Shown here: positions 36,034-50,200 of the stretch, piece by piece
Layout of the letters: the number at the start of each line of letters is the position of its first letter
How positions within the stretch are numbered: the stretch's first letter is position 1
Source of the DNA: Lytechinus pictus
Lineage: Eukaryota
Direction: 5' to 3'
DNA: 64,000 nt
Assembly (NCBI RefSeq): GCF_037042905.1
Contig: NC_087251.1
Location: 39,310,001-39,374,000, forward strand
The notes under the pieces: model-generated
Seen by the model: only the letters and a program-made list of their open reading frames with translations
Database searches by the model: none
What the model was told of the DNA's origin: nothing
Translations under genes and position numbers: made by a program

Positions 36034-37986
36034 AAATGACACAGCTGAGAATCCATGACAACAAGGCATGATAATCTGTGGCATGCTTTACAAGGACAGA
36101 ATTGAAGAATAACTGAACGTTGCAATCTCTAACCCTTTATCGGCCTCACCACAAAGGAGGAGACATACAAGAAATGGTGCTAGCCATCCATATCCGGGCA
36201 ACATCATAAATCAAGCACATATAGATGCAGAAATCCAGCACTTTTGTGCCGAGCAAAGAAAGCTAATACTCCTTGAGATTGTGACATCGGGTCAATGAAC
36301 AGTGCCTGGGCGGTGGCACATGAAAGTGCAAGGCGTTTGACATGAGCAGAGGAAAGGAAAGTACAAGCCGTTTATTAAAGATGAGTGGTGTGATGGTAAT
36401 AGGTAGGTATAGGGCCTTATGTTGCCGACACATCGCCTAAGAACCTAAAGGCCATTAAGAGGTGTTTAAGACTATGACAAGATTTGCCACCATCGCCTGT
36501 GGACAGACCATTTGAGAACCTTTTCTTTCTCAGACAGGTTTATTCCCAATATCCTTTTCTCCCACCAGACGGAACTGAAACTGCTCAACCAAAAACGTCA
36601 GATTAGATGGGTATTTTTTTTTCCAGGAATAGAGTGCAACAAGTGCTACCTTTGTACTCTTTCATGTTTCTTATTCAAAACGATATTACCTATCTATCCC
36701 TAAATGTTGATAATTCAGTGCTTTGAAAAAGGATTTAACCTGTTTTTCTACGAAGACTGCATAAAATTGTATTAAATGAAGAGGGGCCATCTCTTCTCTT
36801 AAACACTGAATATAGCAGAAAATTGTGAACTGTATGTAGGTGATATATAACTGTATCTAAAAGTAAAGTGAAACCATTCCATTTTTGCCTTGACAAACAC
36901 GTACATGTATATGGCCTATGAAATGTCAATTGCAGCTTAAGTCCTATTACACACAACAAATTAAACTCACAAACACCACAGTTTTGACAGCTAAACCTCC
37001 CACAATATCCCTTGCATACCGCCACCTACACAATATACACAGGGTATAAACCAGCAATACCTTATCTAACTACTGTATCTGAAGGACAGGTCTGGATAGC
37101 AATGTTCTTATCAACAATATCAAATCAATAGAACATCAGCGCGAGTCCCACCATTATTTTCACACTAATTCCATCACATGCTTTCATTCCTCTGTATAAT
37201 TCATCGCCATGTTTTATGTAATTACGTGGAGAGAGGGTATAGGTAGGTGGAGGAGAGAGAGAGGGAGAGTGAGTATGTGAGATGTGGGCCCTCTTTATTG
37301 GTGGATGATTGTGTAAAATTGAATTTGACGGACTATGTGTCAAGTTTTTTTGTTTTTTTTCTGTAGTCATGAGAGCTTTCCGAACTCAAAGAGGAGAGGC
37401 TCAAAGCCCATGGAATTTAATTAAAACCCAATGAAAGTCACGGCACGGCAATATTTCAATAAATTACTGGCATGTTTGTCACCATCAGAATACAGCGCTT
37501 GGCGTAGTAGGATGACATGAAAGTCATCATTGTTTGATAACAACTAGAAATAACAACCACTTTTGTTTATTCATGAAGATGCAGCCTTTAATACTGACTG
37601 AATAACATGTTCCGAGAATTTAATTTACACTGTATAAATTTATGCTATGAAATACTTTAGGAGTAAATCCTGGTAATCTTTATTCTGTGAAAATGCATGA
37701 AATGAACAATCATACGTATATTCATTAAACAAAAAATAATATAAAAATTTGCTTTGATACTGTTAAAATTCCATTAAAAATACAACATGCACTATTATTA
37801 TTTTTGCATTATGAATTTCACCCAGTTTGCCAAGAAACTTTTGATGATGATCAAAATTCATATTGACTTTTTTTAATTTGAAAACAGACTTGTCATGTAT
37901 TTAGTCTTAATAACTAGAACTGCATGAAGTAATTACAATTTCTATTTTTTTTGTAGACTTCACCCTTACGTAGGATGTATGCATAA

Positions 37987-37990
<4 letters not shown>

Positions 37991-38052
<62 letters not shown>
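37991..38052. repeat. (TA)n microsatellite
   Basis: Directly visible. Confidence 0.95.
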
Positions 38053-38053
<1 letters not shown>

Positions 38054-38500
38054 AAACACACAATTCAGTTTGGTGTAATTATTTGTACTATCACTTATTG
38101 ATCCATTTATGTAATATTCCACACAGCTTTAATACATCAAAATAATATTGAAGTGCATTATTGTCTTCACAATAGAAATAAAACAGTTTAACATCTACCA
38201 TAGATATCGGTCATGTGACTTTTAACAGGTTTGCATGGAGGAATAATTAACTTATCCCCAAGCTGTACTTTGTGTGGGAAGATGATTGGACTCATCATAA
38301 ATCATATCATGATATGACAGCTTACTTGAATTAATTTCACTATCAATATATTACTTAGATGTAGGCGGGTTTAACCCATTATTATGCTGTATCATAGCGT
38401 CGAATAGACTTGAGTGAAGAAAAACAAGTCTTTCTTTATTACATTTAAATTGGGTTCAGGAATTCCGAGGTGATCGAAATATCTGATGTTTATCATGTAT

Positions 38501-39239
38501 GGGCAATTCCACGGTCACTTGCATTACACTTTTAAATGTCTTTTCTAATACTTGGTGCTGTCGATTTTACAGGGATGAGTCTTCCTTTCAAGTTTGTACT
38601 GTCAATTTATCTTGATATCCGAGGCTTAAAGACAATACATACAGAAAGGTTGTATGATGTATATTGTGGACGCCGTGACTTTCCAAAAATCGGTCAGTCG
38701 CATTACACAAAAAGGACATGAAAAAAAGTGACTTGATTACTTTATAATGGTTCTTTCAAATCAAAACAATTTTACCAGTTTCAATACCTGCAAAACATTA
38801 CTTACATATAGCAATCTCAAATAAGACATTTGAATTTGGGAAGTCACTTTGAGTTTCTTTTGTAGATACAAAAACTCTGGTCAGTCGCATTACGGTCTGT
38901 CGCATTACGGTCAGTTGCATTATGGTCTGTCGCATTACACTTTGTCTGGCACCACAAATTTGACATTTTTAAACATTCCCGCGCTTACATTGGATATGTT
39001 TGTTTCTGTTAAACTGAAATTAAGTTTAAAAAATTATATATATGTAGTCCCATGCATATAATTTTTTGTATGGTTTGGATTCTCCTATAAGGAGATGTGT
39101 AAGAAAAAAATACATGAGGCTTATTTTGATCCCCTTTGTATTTATGAACTTCCATGAGTTTTATAGGAAAATTTTGTCCAGATTTGAAATAGAGCCAATT
39201 TAAATTTGTGGAAATGTCCGCTTTTGCTTGGAATTGCCC
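38501..39239. mobile_element. Non-autonomous DNA element with TIR GGGCAATTCCA
   Basis: GGGCAATTCCA / TGGAATTGCCC ends; internal GTCGCATTAC repeats at ~38880-38940. Confidence 0.65.
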
Positions 39240-42200
39240 ATATACTTTTGTAATTTATTGCATGATGTTATATCTGATGTTTTATCAAAAATGCATTGAT
39301 TAAGTGTGGTACTTTATTATGTGATGTAAATTCCATCAAATTCAACTTTGGGCTGCAATGTTTTGTTTTTTTCTAAAATATGTAAATGATCAAAATTAGA
39401 GCAAACTGAAACAATCTGAAGTACCCAGAAATTATAAATATCCCCCTGTGATATCACTGTAGGCCTACTTACTCCTCAGCATACTTCTATATTCTCATGA
39501 CAATTTCAAGGACTTGTGCTTTGGATGGAGAATACAGGGTCGAAAGACATCATTTACGCTGTGTTGACCATAAAAAAAATCCTTGATTTTAAAAAGATGG
39601 TTTAGAACAGAGCAGCGTCATGTACAAAACTCCTATGCAGCAGAAGCATTTGCACATGAATTGACATTCAATGTATTATTGATTCGATACCCCGGCTGAA
39701 CCATGCTATGAATATTCAAACAGTATTGCCACTTCACACAGTCCCATCCATTCACTTTCCCTACAGAATTCATTGAGACATGAGAAGCAGCAACTCCATT
39801 ACTTGCTCTTCACATCTGAGAAACTTCTTGAATCAAAAACTTGATTGATCTTGCAGTGCTATGTCATATAACTTTCTTACTTTACTTCCGATGATGAAGT
39901 CTGGAAAGAGTTTTGGCGCTAGTTCTGTAAAATGGCTTGGCACTGTGATGGGCAGATTATGATCTAATATGAACCCCTGCATTAGAATCAAGGTACTGTT
40001 AGATAATTTGTTTTTCTGATTTCGAAATGGAAAAAGCAAAAACAAAATATTGAGTGAAAATTGATTATATCTACGAGATTTAAAACAGAAAAACAGTCAT
40101 TTTTCAATATTTTGATTCAAGAATGAAATGTAAAAAACAGGAAAACAAAAAACGGTTCATTTTTTTCATTTTACTGTCTTTACATATTTAAAATTTTTCC
40201 TTTGAAAAACACAAAAACTCGTCACTGTAACTGAAGCAATAGGTATTGTCATACCAAGGACGTTTTTTAGATTTTGCCTTACCAGACATCATTTACGAGT
40301 TCCTTATAACCAATGTTTTTGCGCATATGCAAAATATGATTGACAAGTTGTAACGCTCTAGATTCTCGACTACATTAGCCTCTCACTGACCCACCACACC
40401 AGTTGCGTTAAGTATAGAAATTTGCGGAACGCGGAAATCTACATGCACGCGTATTGTATAGGACAATCCAAAGTAGATCTTGTGAGCATTAATTATCATA
40501 TATAGGCAATGAATCATTTAGATCAATTTTTTTTTATAGTAAAAAAAGGTTTAAAAATATTTTGTTTATCAAATATTTGAAAAAGCGGTAGATTCTGTTG
40601 AAAAGAGAGTAAAAAAGCGGTAGGTGGTCAAAATGCAAAAAGCGGTAGAGTTGGCAACTATGCTCTCTGCCCCTTTAAGATTATTTTCTCCCCTGCTTCA
40701 GATTCATCATCTCCTCTGGATTTAAAGAATATAACGGAACTAAAATCATCCAATGTAAAATTACCAAGATTTGTGGTTCAGAAATATCCATTCACATTGT
40801 TGCTATGCTCACTGACTGAGCCCAAGAATGAATACTTGAAAAGCATTCTCTCACTGACCCCCCCCCCCCCAACCAATCCATTATCCCCTTACTTCAAATA
40901 CAACAAGGAGTTTTTGAATGCTGCACACACTGTGTGTCATTAGAAAGCAATGACCTTTCCCCCTCCTCATTCCTTCTTGATACATGATGTCCATGAAAGA
41001 GGAAGGACAGGGCACATTAGCATCAGAGAGAGGCGACATTTCAGAATGGTAATCAGGACGGACCGAAAGGGCCGATCGTCTTCACCTTCCACCTGTAAGC
41101 CTGGGCACACAACTTACATCTGAAAACCGATACACAGCGATTCCCTCGCCCTGACTGACTATTTACAATAAGAGGCCTGCTACCACTGACATTTCTCCTT
41201 CATCGCACACAGTACATCCATCAAGCATGCTATGGAGTGGGAATCTAGTTAGAGATTCCAGCAGATTCGGACATTACTGCTGGCTGGATTGTTAAAAGAC
41301 CTTCAAAGGCAGTTTATATATTTCCTGACAATGTCTTATCACTTTTCCTAATCCTGAATACCCATAAAATAAAATAAGATATATTGTAAATTATGATTCA
41401 AAGTAATTCGCTTGAAGGAAGTATGAAATGAATTATTATTTTTTTCTCAGTAATTACAGAAGTGTGCACCTACTTAAAATCATGTTATCAAAACCAACCT
41501 TTAAGTGTATTTTCATTTATCAAAACAATGCCCCGTACACATATTTCCATGTGCTTTCTGTGTCTATTTTACCCCCTAAACAAGAATAAACTTCAAAACA
41601 TGCCCTTAAATCTTTTTTTAGAATACACAAAAAATTATGAGGGAAAAAGGATACTCAAGCATGAATGAATGAATTCTACATTTAAACAACCATTTCTTCC
41701 TTGTCTCATTTCTGCAAATAATACTTATCTGTGTGATTTAGCACTAAAAATGCACTACAGAAGTATCAAGATTCCACCCAAAATTCATATCCTTTCTAAA
41801 TATTATTCTGGTAGCCAAGCCAGTCGTTGTTTGATATACCTCTCGGTTATACACCGGTTATACATCGTACCATTACCAGTAAGATAACCAAACTCACATT
41901 TCTATTATTATCTCCGACCCAGGTAGGTTTGTTTATGCAATAGAGTCCAGACAACCAAAAACATCAATTTCAGGGCTGATAAATTCATGAATAAAGACCA
42001 AATACCCTGGATGAGTTTAGGTGCACATATTCCCTACTGAGAGACATAAAGGGAATTACACAATAATTTATTTGAATCTAAAAAAAGGTTGTTTTTAGGG
42101 TTTTCAACCATTTTTTCGTAAGCATATTCAACTAAATATATAACGTTTGAATTATTGCTTACATCTTATGTACAGGATTACTATTAAATGATAATTTCAA

Positions 42201-42994
42201 TTATTTCTCTAAATCCTCTATTCTTCTATTTCATATTTAATGTATCATGTTTGAACAAAAATAGCCATTTCCAGTTTTTCTTGTAGAATAATAGAGGAGA
42301 CATCTAATTATTGTGACTTTAAATTCATTTGGATTGTTTTTATGTGATTAAATACATAATACAGAATCATAAATGGGTCAGATGAAAACTTCAACAAAAT
42401 TTAAAATTGCCTAGTTTTAATTTTAATTTAACAAGTATATAATGAGTTGAGGTCAGCAAAACTTAATCTACTATAGAGTCAAAGAAGCTTTTAAAAGAGT
42501 ATTCTATAACCATTTTGTTAATACCCTTAAAATGCAATACACATCAAGCATCAACTTGCAAAGGTAATTCTGTCTTTCCAATGGATCTGTGACAATATAT
42601 ACAAAGCTAATGCCAAGCCTGTATATTTTTTCACAAAATTAGATTCACAATATTAGAATTACAGATTCATGCAATCGCAACCGGAATCATGTCTTGTCTA
42701 AAAAAAACCCATAAATATACATGATATACATTGTGGTTTAGATCTATTTCAGCGACTAAATTTACTTTGGTAATACTCCTGACAGATCAAATTTTATTAA
42801 CTCTTAACAGAGGATCTTCTGGGCTCTATGAACTGCATTACGTGGTTCAAATAGGAACTTTGAAATATTCAAGGTTTGAATTTAGCCATTTTATGGTTAA
42901 AGCCAGATCATCAAAATTCATAGCGTTATCATCTTTGCACTATTTGGCATCAGCATACTGATTACATAGGTGGCACCTGATTCAAAGAAGCGGT

Positions 42995-45079
42995 AATTCT
43001 TGTTTATGAATAGTGATTGAATGAACATTATCCTTTTCAAACTTGGCTCTCTAAGGAATGTTTAAATCAAGATTCCTTTTTTTTAATCTTAAGATTTAAA
43101 TTGCAGCATATTATATTTTGAAATTGATTATACAGGTTATGACTTGATGATGTTAAGCCCCTTTAAAAATCATTTCAGAACAGAGATTTTAAGCCTTAAG
43201 GTCATATTTCACTTCAATTCTTGTTAATGAATAGTGATTGAATGAACATTATCCTTTTCAAACTTGGCTCTCTAAGGAATGTTTAAATCAAGATTCTTTT
43301 TTTTTAATCTTAAGATTTAAATTGCAGCATATTATATTTTGAAATTGATTATACAGGTTATGACTTGATGATGTTAAGCCCCTTTAAAAATCATTTCAGA
43401 ACAGAGATTTTAAGCCTTAAGGTCATATTTCACTTCAATTCTTGTTAATGAATAGTGATTGAATGAACATTATCCTTTTCAAACTTGGCTCTCTAAGGAA
43501 TGTTTAAATCAAGATTCTTTTTTTTTTTAATCTAAGATTTAAATTGCAGCATATTGTATTTGAAATTGATTATACAGGTTATGACTTGATGATGTTAAGC
43601 CCCTTGAAAATTCATTTCAGAACAGAGATTTTAAGCCTTAAGGTCATATTTCACTTCAATTCTTGTTAATGAATAGTGATTGAATGAACATTATCCTTTT
43701 CAAACTTGGCTCTCTAAGGAATGTTTAAATCAAGATTCTTTTTTTTTAATCTTAAGATTTAAATTGCAGCATATTATATTTTGAAATTGATTATACAGGT
43801 TATGACTTGATGATGTTAAGCCCCTTTAAAAATCATTTCAGAACAGAGATTTTAAGCCTTAAGGTCATATTTCACTTCAATTCTTGTTAATGAATAGTGA
43901 TTGAATGAACATTATCCTTTTCAAAGTGGTAACTTGGCTCTCTAAGGAATGTTTGAATTAAGATTTTTTTTTTTAATCTAAGATTTACATTGCAGCATAT
44001 TATATTTTGAAATTGATTATACAGGTTATGACTTGATGATGTTAAGCCCCTTGAAAAATCATTTCAGAACAGAGATTTTAAGCCTTAAGGTCATATTTCA
44101 CTTCAATTCTTGTTAATGAATAGTGATTGAATGAACATTATCCTTTTCAAAGTGGTAACTTGGCTCTCTAAGGAATGTTTGAATTAAGATTTTTTTTTTA
44201 ATCTAAGATTTAAATTGCAGCATATTGTATTTGAAATTGATTATACAGGTTATGACTTGATGATGTTAAGCCCCTTGAAAATTCATTTCAGAACAAAGAT
44301 TTTAAGCCTTAAGGTCATATTTCACTTCAATTCTTGTTAATGAATAGTGATTGAATGAACATTATCCTTTTCAAAGTGGTAACTTAGCTCTCTAAGGAAT
44401 GTTTGAATTAAGATTTTTTTTTTAATCTAAGATTTAAATTGCAGCATATTATATTTAAAATTGATTATACAGGTTATGACTTGATGATGTTAAGCCCCTT
44501 AAAAAATCATTTCAGAACAAAGATTTAAGTCTTATGGCAGAGCTGCCAAGTTGTATTTTGCATTTTCAGTATTCTTATCCCCCAAAATCAGTATTTTGAC
44601 AAAAAAAATCTGTATTTTTACCGTGTGAGATAAATATGCAGACCTGCCAACTTCTGGGAATGAAAAACTGTATTCTGTGATAAAAAAACTGTATTTTTCC
44701 CCAAAAAAGTGTATTACATAATAAAATGCTTGGCGCACTCGCTCATCGCGGCGCTCAAGCTGCATGCAAGCTAAAATGCGCACTGCTCTTGCAGATGAAA
44801 AAAAAAACATTAAAACACGTGTATATCTTCACCCTGGTTTTAACAAAATGATTGAAAAAAAAATAAGTTACCTGAAATTACATTGATCTAATAACCATAT
44901 TTGTGTATGTTTTATGAAATAGAGACATATAGAGATTATTTTTCTCAATAAATTACGATTTAGTAAAAAAAAAAATTTCAAAGAAAAAACGTACTGCCGT
45001 ATTTTGGTTGCAAAAACGTACTAAATACGGCTAAAACGTACTGGTTGGCAGGTCTGTTGAGGTCATATTTCACTTCAAC
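42995..45079. repeat. AT-rich 221-226-bp satellite, 7 units, last unit split by a MITE
   Basis: GAATAGTGATTG at 43008, 43229, 43450, 43671, 43892, 44118, 44342; the unit resumes (GGTCATATTTCACTTCAA) at ~45061. Confidence 0.95.
44538..45056. mobile_element. CAGACCTGCCAAC-family MITE (two left ends) inserted in the satellite
   Basis: Left ends CAGAGCTGCCAA (44538) and CAGACCTGCCAAC (44639), right end GTTGGCAGGTCTG; flanks TTATGG / TTGAGG are degenerate copies of satellite TTAAGG. Confidence 0.7.
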
Positions 45080-46612
45080 TATCTATAATTGTAATAATTA
45101 TATGTTTCAAACAAAATATGCAATAATTTTCACCATGAATACATAATTTTTTGCTCAAATAGATGATGCATTTTGTTGACTGAAGGTTTTCTAGCATAAG
45201 AGCAATTTGACTGCATGCTAAAAGCATTCCCCCTCTCAGTTCTTATAAACTACCAATCAATATAAATCTCCACACTGCCTTTCAAATTACCCAATAGCAT
45301 GCAACTTCCTGCCCATCCAGATGGGGCCCTGGGTGATAATGCCACTTCTTGCCTCTTCCCCATACCTCCATTTCCTTTCTGACAGCATTACAGAGCAAAA
45401 TCTCTGCATATATACATGATTTTCTTATTTTTGTCGGATGTGGAAAGCTGTTGAATCTTCATAGATTTTCAAAGGTTGTCTTGAATTTCTCTTTAATGTG
45501 CCTTTTTGTGTTAGTCTCTTTCTGTATAATCGGAAAGCAGTTCTGTTTTTTCCTTTCCAAATGGGCCCTGTAATATAAAGCTAAGTGATTGATTGCTAGG
45601 ATGATTTTTTATGACTGATCAATCCTCTAAATCAGCCCCTACAATCAATTGCTTAGCTTTATGTTGCAAGGACCTTGTATGTCACTTAAACCTTGCATTC
45701 ACGAACTGGTTAAGTTTTCATTGGATTCAGAAACCTGGAGCATCTTGAATTCGAATGAGTTCTGTATTGTCAGGATAAGGTTTCGGCTTGCCCTTGGGAG
45801 TGTTCCATAAAGCACCATGTTGGTGATTTTCACTTGACACATTTGATCTGAGCCAATCAGCTGCAAAGATTTCCGTAGCTTATAACAAACAGTCAGTGAG
45901 AATCACCGACGATTGGTTTCGTGAAATGTTCCCTAGGATAAACTCCCTCAGGAGCCATAGAGAAGGAGACAAAACGGCAAGTCTGGGAAGTGCAATTGTC
46001 AAAAACCCTTTGGAAAATATGGCCCAAACCCTGAGGGGTTGTAACTGTAATATGAAATCACTATAGCTAATACATAACATTGTACCATATCGCCGTGATT
46101 GTACCATTCACAATACAGTTCACATGGGAGATACACAATACGTTCCATCATCCACTCCGCAAAACTAGAAAATTCAGAGGGTGAATACATAAATTTCAGT
46201 CATTTTTTCCTCAACTGTCAACATGTTTGAATTCAGAAATTTTACCCGAAATTAAGTTTTCCCTTACTCCACCGGCATGGGAAATTCAAATGAATTGTAT
46301 ACATTTGTTGTTGTTGTTTTTTTTATCTTTCTATACCAAAAGTGTAGAAAGATGATTTCTTATCAAATTGAGTTGAGTTGACATGAAAATGAACCTAACT
46401 TGAAACCTGAAACTATATATTTCAATGAGTGAGGATAATAATAGGGGATACCATAGTGATTATTATAACATGAAAATGTATTGGCAAGTTATAGGCACTT
46501 CACATGAGCTTCGTAATAGTACTGGAAAGAGTAACAAAAATTATGCACTTATCCCCCCCCCCCCAATATTTCTGATTAACAAGTCTACAAGTAGCATACT
46601 TCACATCAATAG

Positions 46613-47035
46613 CAGACCTGCCAACCTTCTCCAACAAAAAAAGTATTCTTAGAAGGAAATAAAAGTATTTTTTGACCAAAAAAAAAGAGTTTTTTTTTTA
46701 TTTGTCTCAACGTAAAAATCGCCAGCCTGTTGTAGTGAGATCAGTGTAAAATCATGTGGAATTACTCTACTGAAAACTTGATAATTCACCATTCAAAACA
46801 TGTGCTCGTAGGCAAGAATTTACTTGTTCTTTTCATGCAACAAGTTACTGGCCCGACTGTGATTTTTACTGGTCTGGGACCGTCGGACCGGCGCTGGTGT
46901 CACACGCTGTGTATAATACATACCCCATGATCAGAAATTTTCAAAAAAGTAACAAATCATACCAAAAAAGTATTGGCGTATTCATAGCAAATAAGAGGAA
47001 CAAATACTCTAAAAAGGGAACGGTTGGCATGTCTG
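46613..47035. mobile_element. CAGACCTGCCAAC-family MITE with 6-bp TSD
   Basis: CAGACCTGCCAACC / GGTTGGCATGTCTG; CAATAG at 46607-46612 and 47036-47041. Confidence 0.8.
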
Positions 47036-47118
47036 CAATAGTAAATATAATTAAAAGTGTAACCTCCCTTTTTTGTTCAGGTCAATGTATCTATGCTGAT
47101 AGATGGAATAACTGACCA

Positions 47119-47276
47119 GGGCCCCGTAACACAAAGATTTGCGATCAATCGCTAAATGAAATAGCCTATCAAGATCATCCTTGCATGCGCATTTTGCTCA
47201 ATAGAGTAACCAGGAACCAATCAGAATTCTTCTTTCAAATTAGCGATTAATCGCTAACCTTTGTGTTACGGGGCCC
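47119..47276. mobile_element. Palindromic MITE (GGGCCCCGTAACACAAAG ends); diverged relative at ~45563-45675
   Basis: ~40-bp inverted arms. Confidence 0.75.
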
Positions 47277-50200
47277 AGGTGTACACCAAGTCAAATCTTA
47301 CAGATAATGCCTTGAATCTTCTTTGCATTTTAGCATTCACATATAAGGTGAGACCCCTTCATGATACCTTGATAGAATTTTAACAACTTTGCACTAATTG
47401 CAGATAATTTTTTTTTTTTAATGAAACTGTTTCTGGGTTTATATACTCTAGCCCGATTCCAAATAAACATCACTAATATGACAATCAAAATTAATATCAT
47501 CAAATATGACGATAGAGAGACATACTGATGCTGAAATTGCTCATGCTGGTGCATGTAAAATATTTAAAAGACCCTTAAAATAAAATAAAGTTAAGAGAAA
47601 TTGATGAAAATGTGAAAAAAATTCAACTGACATGAAAAGTGTTACACGAAAATCATCAAAAGATGTGTATCTACAATTCTACATGTACACTGTTATATGG
47701 TCTCTAATAGCTTTATACATTATACAAGTTCAGCTCTTTAAATGTGATTTTTTATTTGGGAAATAAGATGGAACTCCATCATTACGGAAAAAACAAGTTT
47801 AATTTTGTGAAATATGGATCATTCCATTTCCAGATTGATGACTATAGAACAAAATAAAGAGACTATTTGTAGCCAAAGGGATATTAACTCACACACTCAA
47901 CATAGACTTCAATCCTATATTAAAGTTTGGACAATCTCCTTAAAAGCATGTCTTTACTCCAATTACATCATATGAATGTGAAAATATTAATCCTTTTTCT
48001 CAAGCAAGAAAAGGGCTAAAATTTCAGGATATAATCTTTGACTGTGCCTTTCTGATATCCAATAACTAAATCTTTCATAAAAATTAGCATTTTAAGTTCT
48101 TACAGAAAAATAAACACCTTACTGAGAGAGGGCACAAAATACAATTTTTTTTTCACAAAGATCTAATTAAATGGTTGAAAAAAAAAAACAATGACCAATA
48201 CACTTTTTGTAAGATTGGAATTTTAAATGAATGCCAAAACTTTAGACAGGCTTGAAAGTCCTTATACAATGTAGTTCTGAATAATAAATGTAAATGCGCA
48301 TTGGAATAAAGGCTACAAATTTTTTCATATTACTTACTTGTGACCATATTTATCTTTAAGTCAGCAGTTATTTTAAGCATTTGAGATAGAAAAGCTTTTA
48401 GGAGGTGATGAATCGCCAAATTAAATGAAAGAACTGAAACTTGAGAACAGTAAGAAATTATGCGAAACCCACACAAACTATACAAAAATAACATAACATC
48501 CATACACTATAGATAGACAATCAATTCAAAGAAATTTTTATAGAGGTTTGAGATTCTATGGCAAGATAAGATAAAAATAAATGTTGCTGTAATACACCCC
48601 TGTGAAATTTGACATGTTGGACACCTTTTCAAAAGTCTGTGACTTTGCAGGAATCCTGCAATAAAAGCGCTTTCCAAAGCAGCTTTCCCCGTATTCCCCA
48701 TTTTTTACCTATGATGAAATGTGAGAATTGGTAACTTGAAATGCAGCTTGGCGGTTTCATGCAGGGAGAGAAGCTCTGAAACTTTAATTTTTTTTACAAT
48801 GTTTTAACTAACCATGAATCGCAGAGAGGAATCCAACCCTTCACTTCCGTACAAACACTGATGTCTACAAGTGGTAGTCCGATACAAGAGCAATGTATAA
48901 TTTCTATAAAAGTTTAGAGGGTATACCAGCGGATTTGTTGTAACATTATTTGATGTTGTAAATAATGAGAAATATGCTTGATGATGTCTTTAGATATAAA
49001 CATTAAATGAAATAAAAAGGAAAACAAGTTATTTGTTGTAAAGCATTCCATGATCCTTGTAAATAATGATAAATATCATAAATGATATCTTGGTATGAAG
49101 TAGAGTTTTAATTTTGTGTTTGTAGAGATAAAAAGCAAATGAAACAAATAGGAAAACTTAGGGTTGCTTAAAAGAGCAGTTTGATGAGAAAGTAATGATG
49201 GAAACATGAGTAGTAGAAGAATTTGTACAAAAAATGACGGCTAGTATGGGAATAAAATATGTATCATATGATGAAAAATTTGTAATCTAAATTTCCATTT
49301 GTAGTGGAAAAAGCATTATGCAATATCAACTTAAACAACAAGTTTATAGTTTTCATATATTGAAAATGCTGACAGAAAATTTAAGGAAAAGTACCAGGAA
49401 TATTTAATTAATGAGTGATTCATATATGTAAGTAATTATTTACAGCAGCGGAATGTTGTTTCATTTTTTTTTCAAATTAAATAAGTAGCCTGATTCAATA
49501 AGGATCTGATTTTTTTTCATAATTATGAGATAATTTCATAATCTTAATATACAGATATTTTTTAGTTTATTTTTCAGGGGCAGAGGGACGCTGAAATCAA
49601 TTTTGCATTTTGAAAGACAGGAAAGATTTAATGTTCTAGCATAAAAAATGTATGAACTGAAAATATATCTTTAAAAAAAAATCAAAATGGACATAAACAT
49701 TTAAAACAAAAAAAGTTGATTGTACTAGTATGAGAAAAGAATATATAAAGTCTGGTTTTCTGCTTCATAATTTGTAGCATATCATTTTGGAACACACAAG
49801 GGACTTTATGAAATGAAAAGAAACAGAACAAAGATACAACTTCCAACAATTATCTCCATGCTTCCAAACAAAACCATTACTGCAACAGATACATTCCTTG
49901 AAAATGGCAAAAGAGAAGAAACATGATACTATAAAGTACAATCTTTTCGATTCGATGATCATGACAATCAGACGCTAATGCTTTGAAACTCATGATTTTG
50001 CTTTTAACACCGTAAGGGTGGGTTTCCAATGGGATTACACTCACTCACAAAACAAAAGAAATCCAATAAATATATTGATGAACAATAACATACCATGAAC
50101 TTTTAAGAAATAATAAATTCACACAAAAATCACACACTGATTGAGTGCAAGTTCACAGCATCCATGGGAGTTTGAAAGGAAAATTTTAAAAGTTTTCATT

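Noticed and set aside
39790..39930. Possible upstream BEGAIN exon (resembles ALQ-INQ)
   Set aside because: The similarity needs a frameshift, one frame hits a stop, and there are no convincing splice sites.
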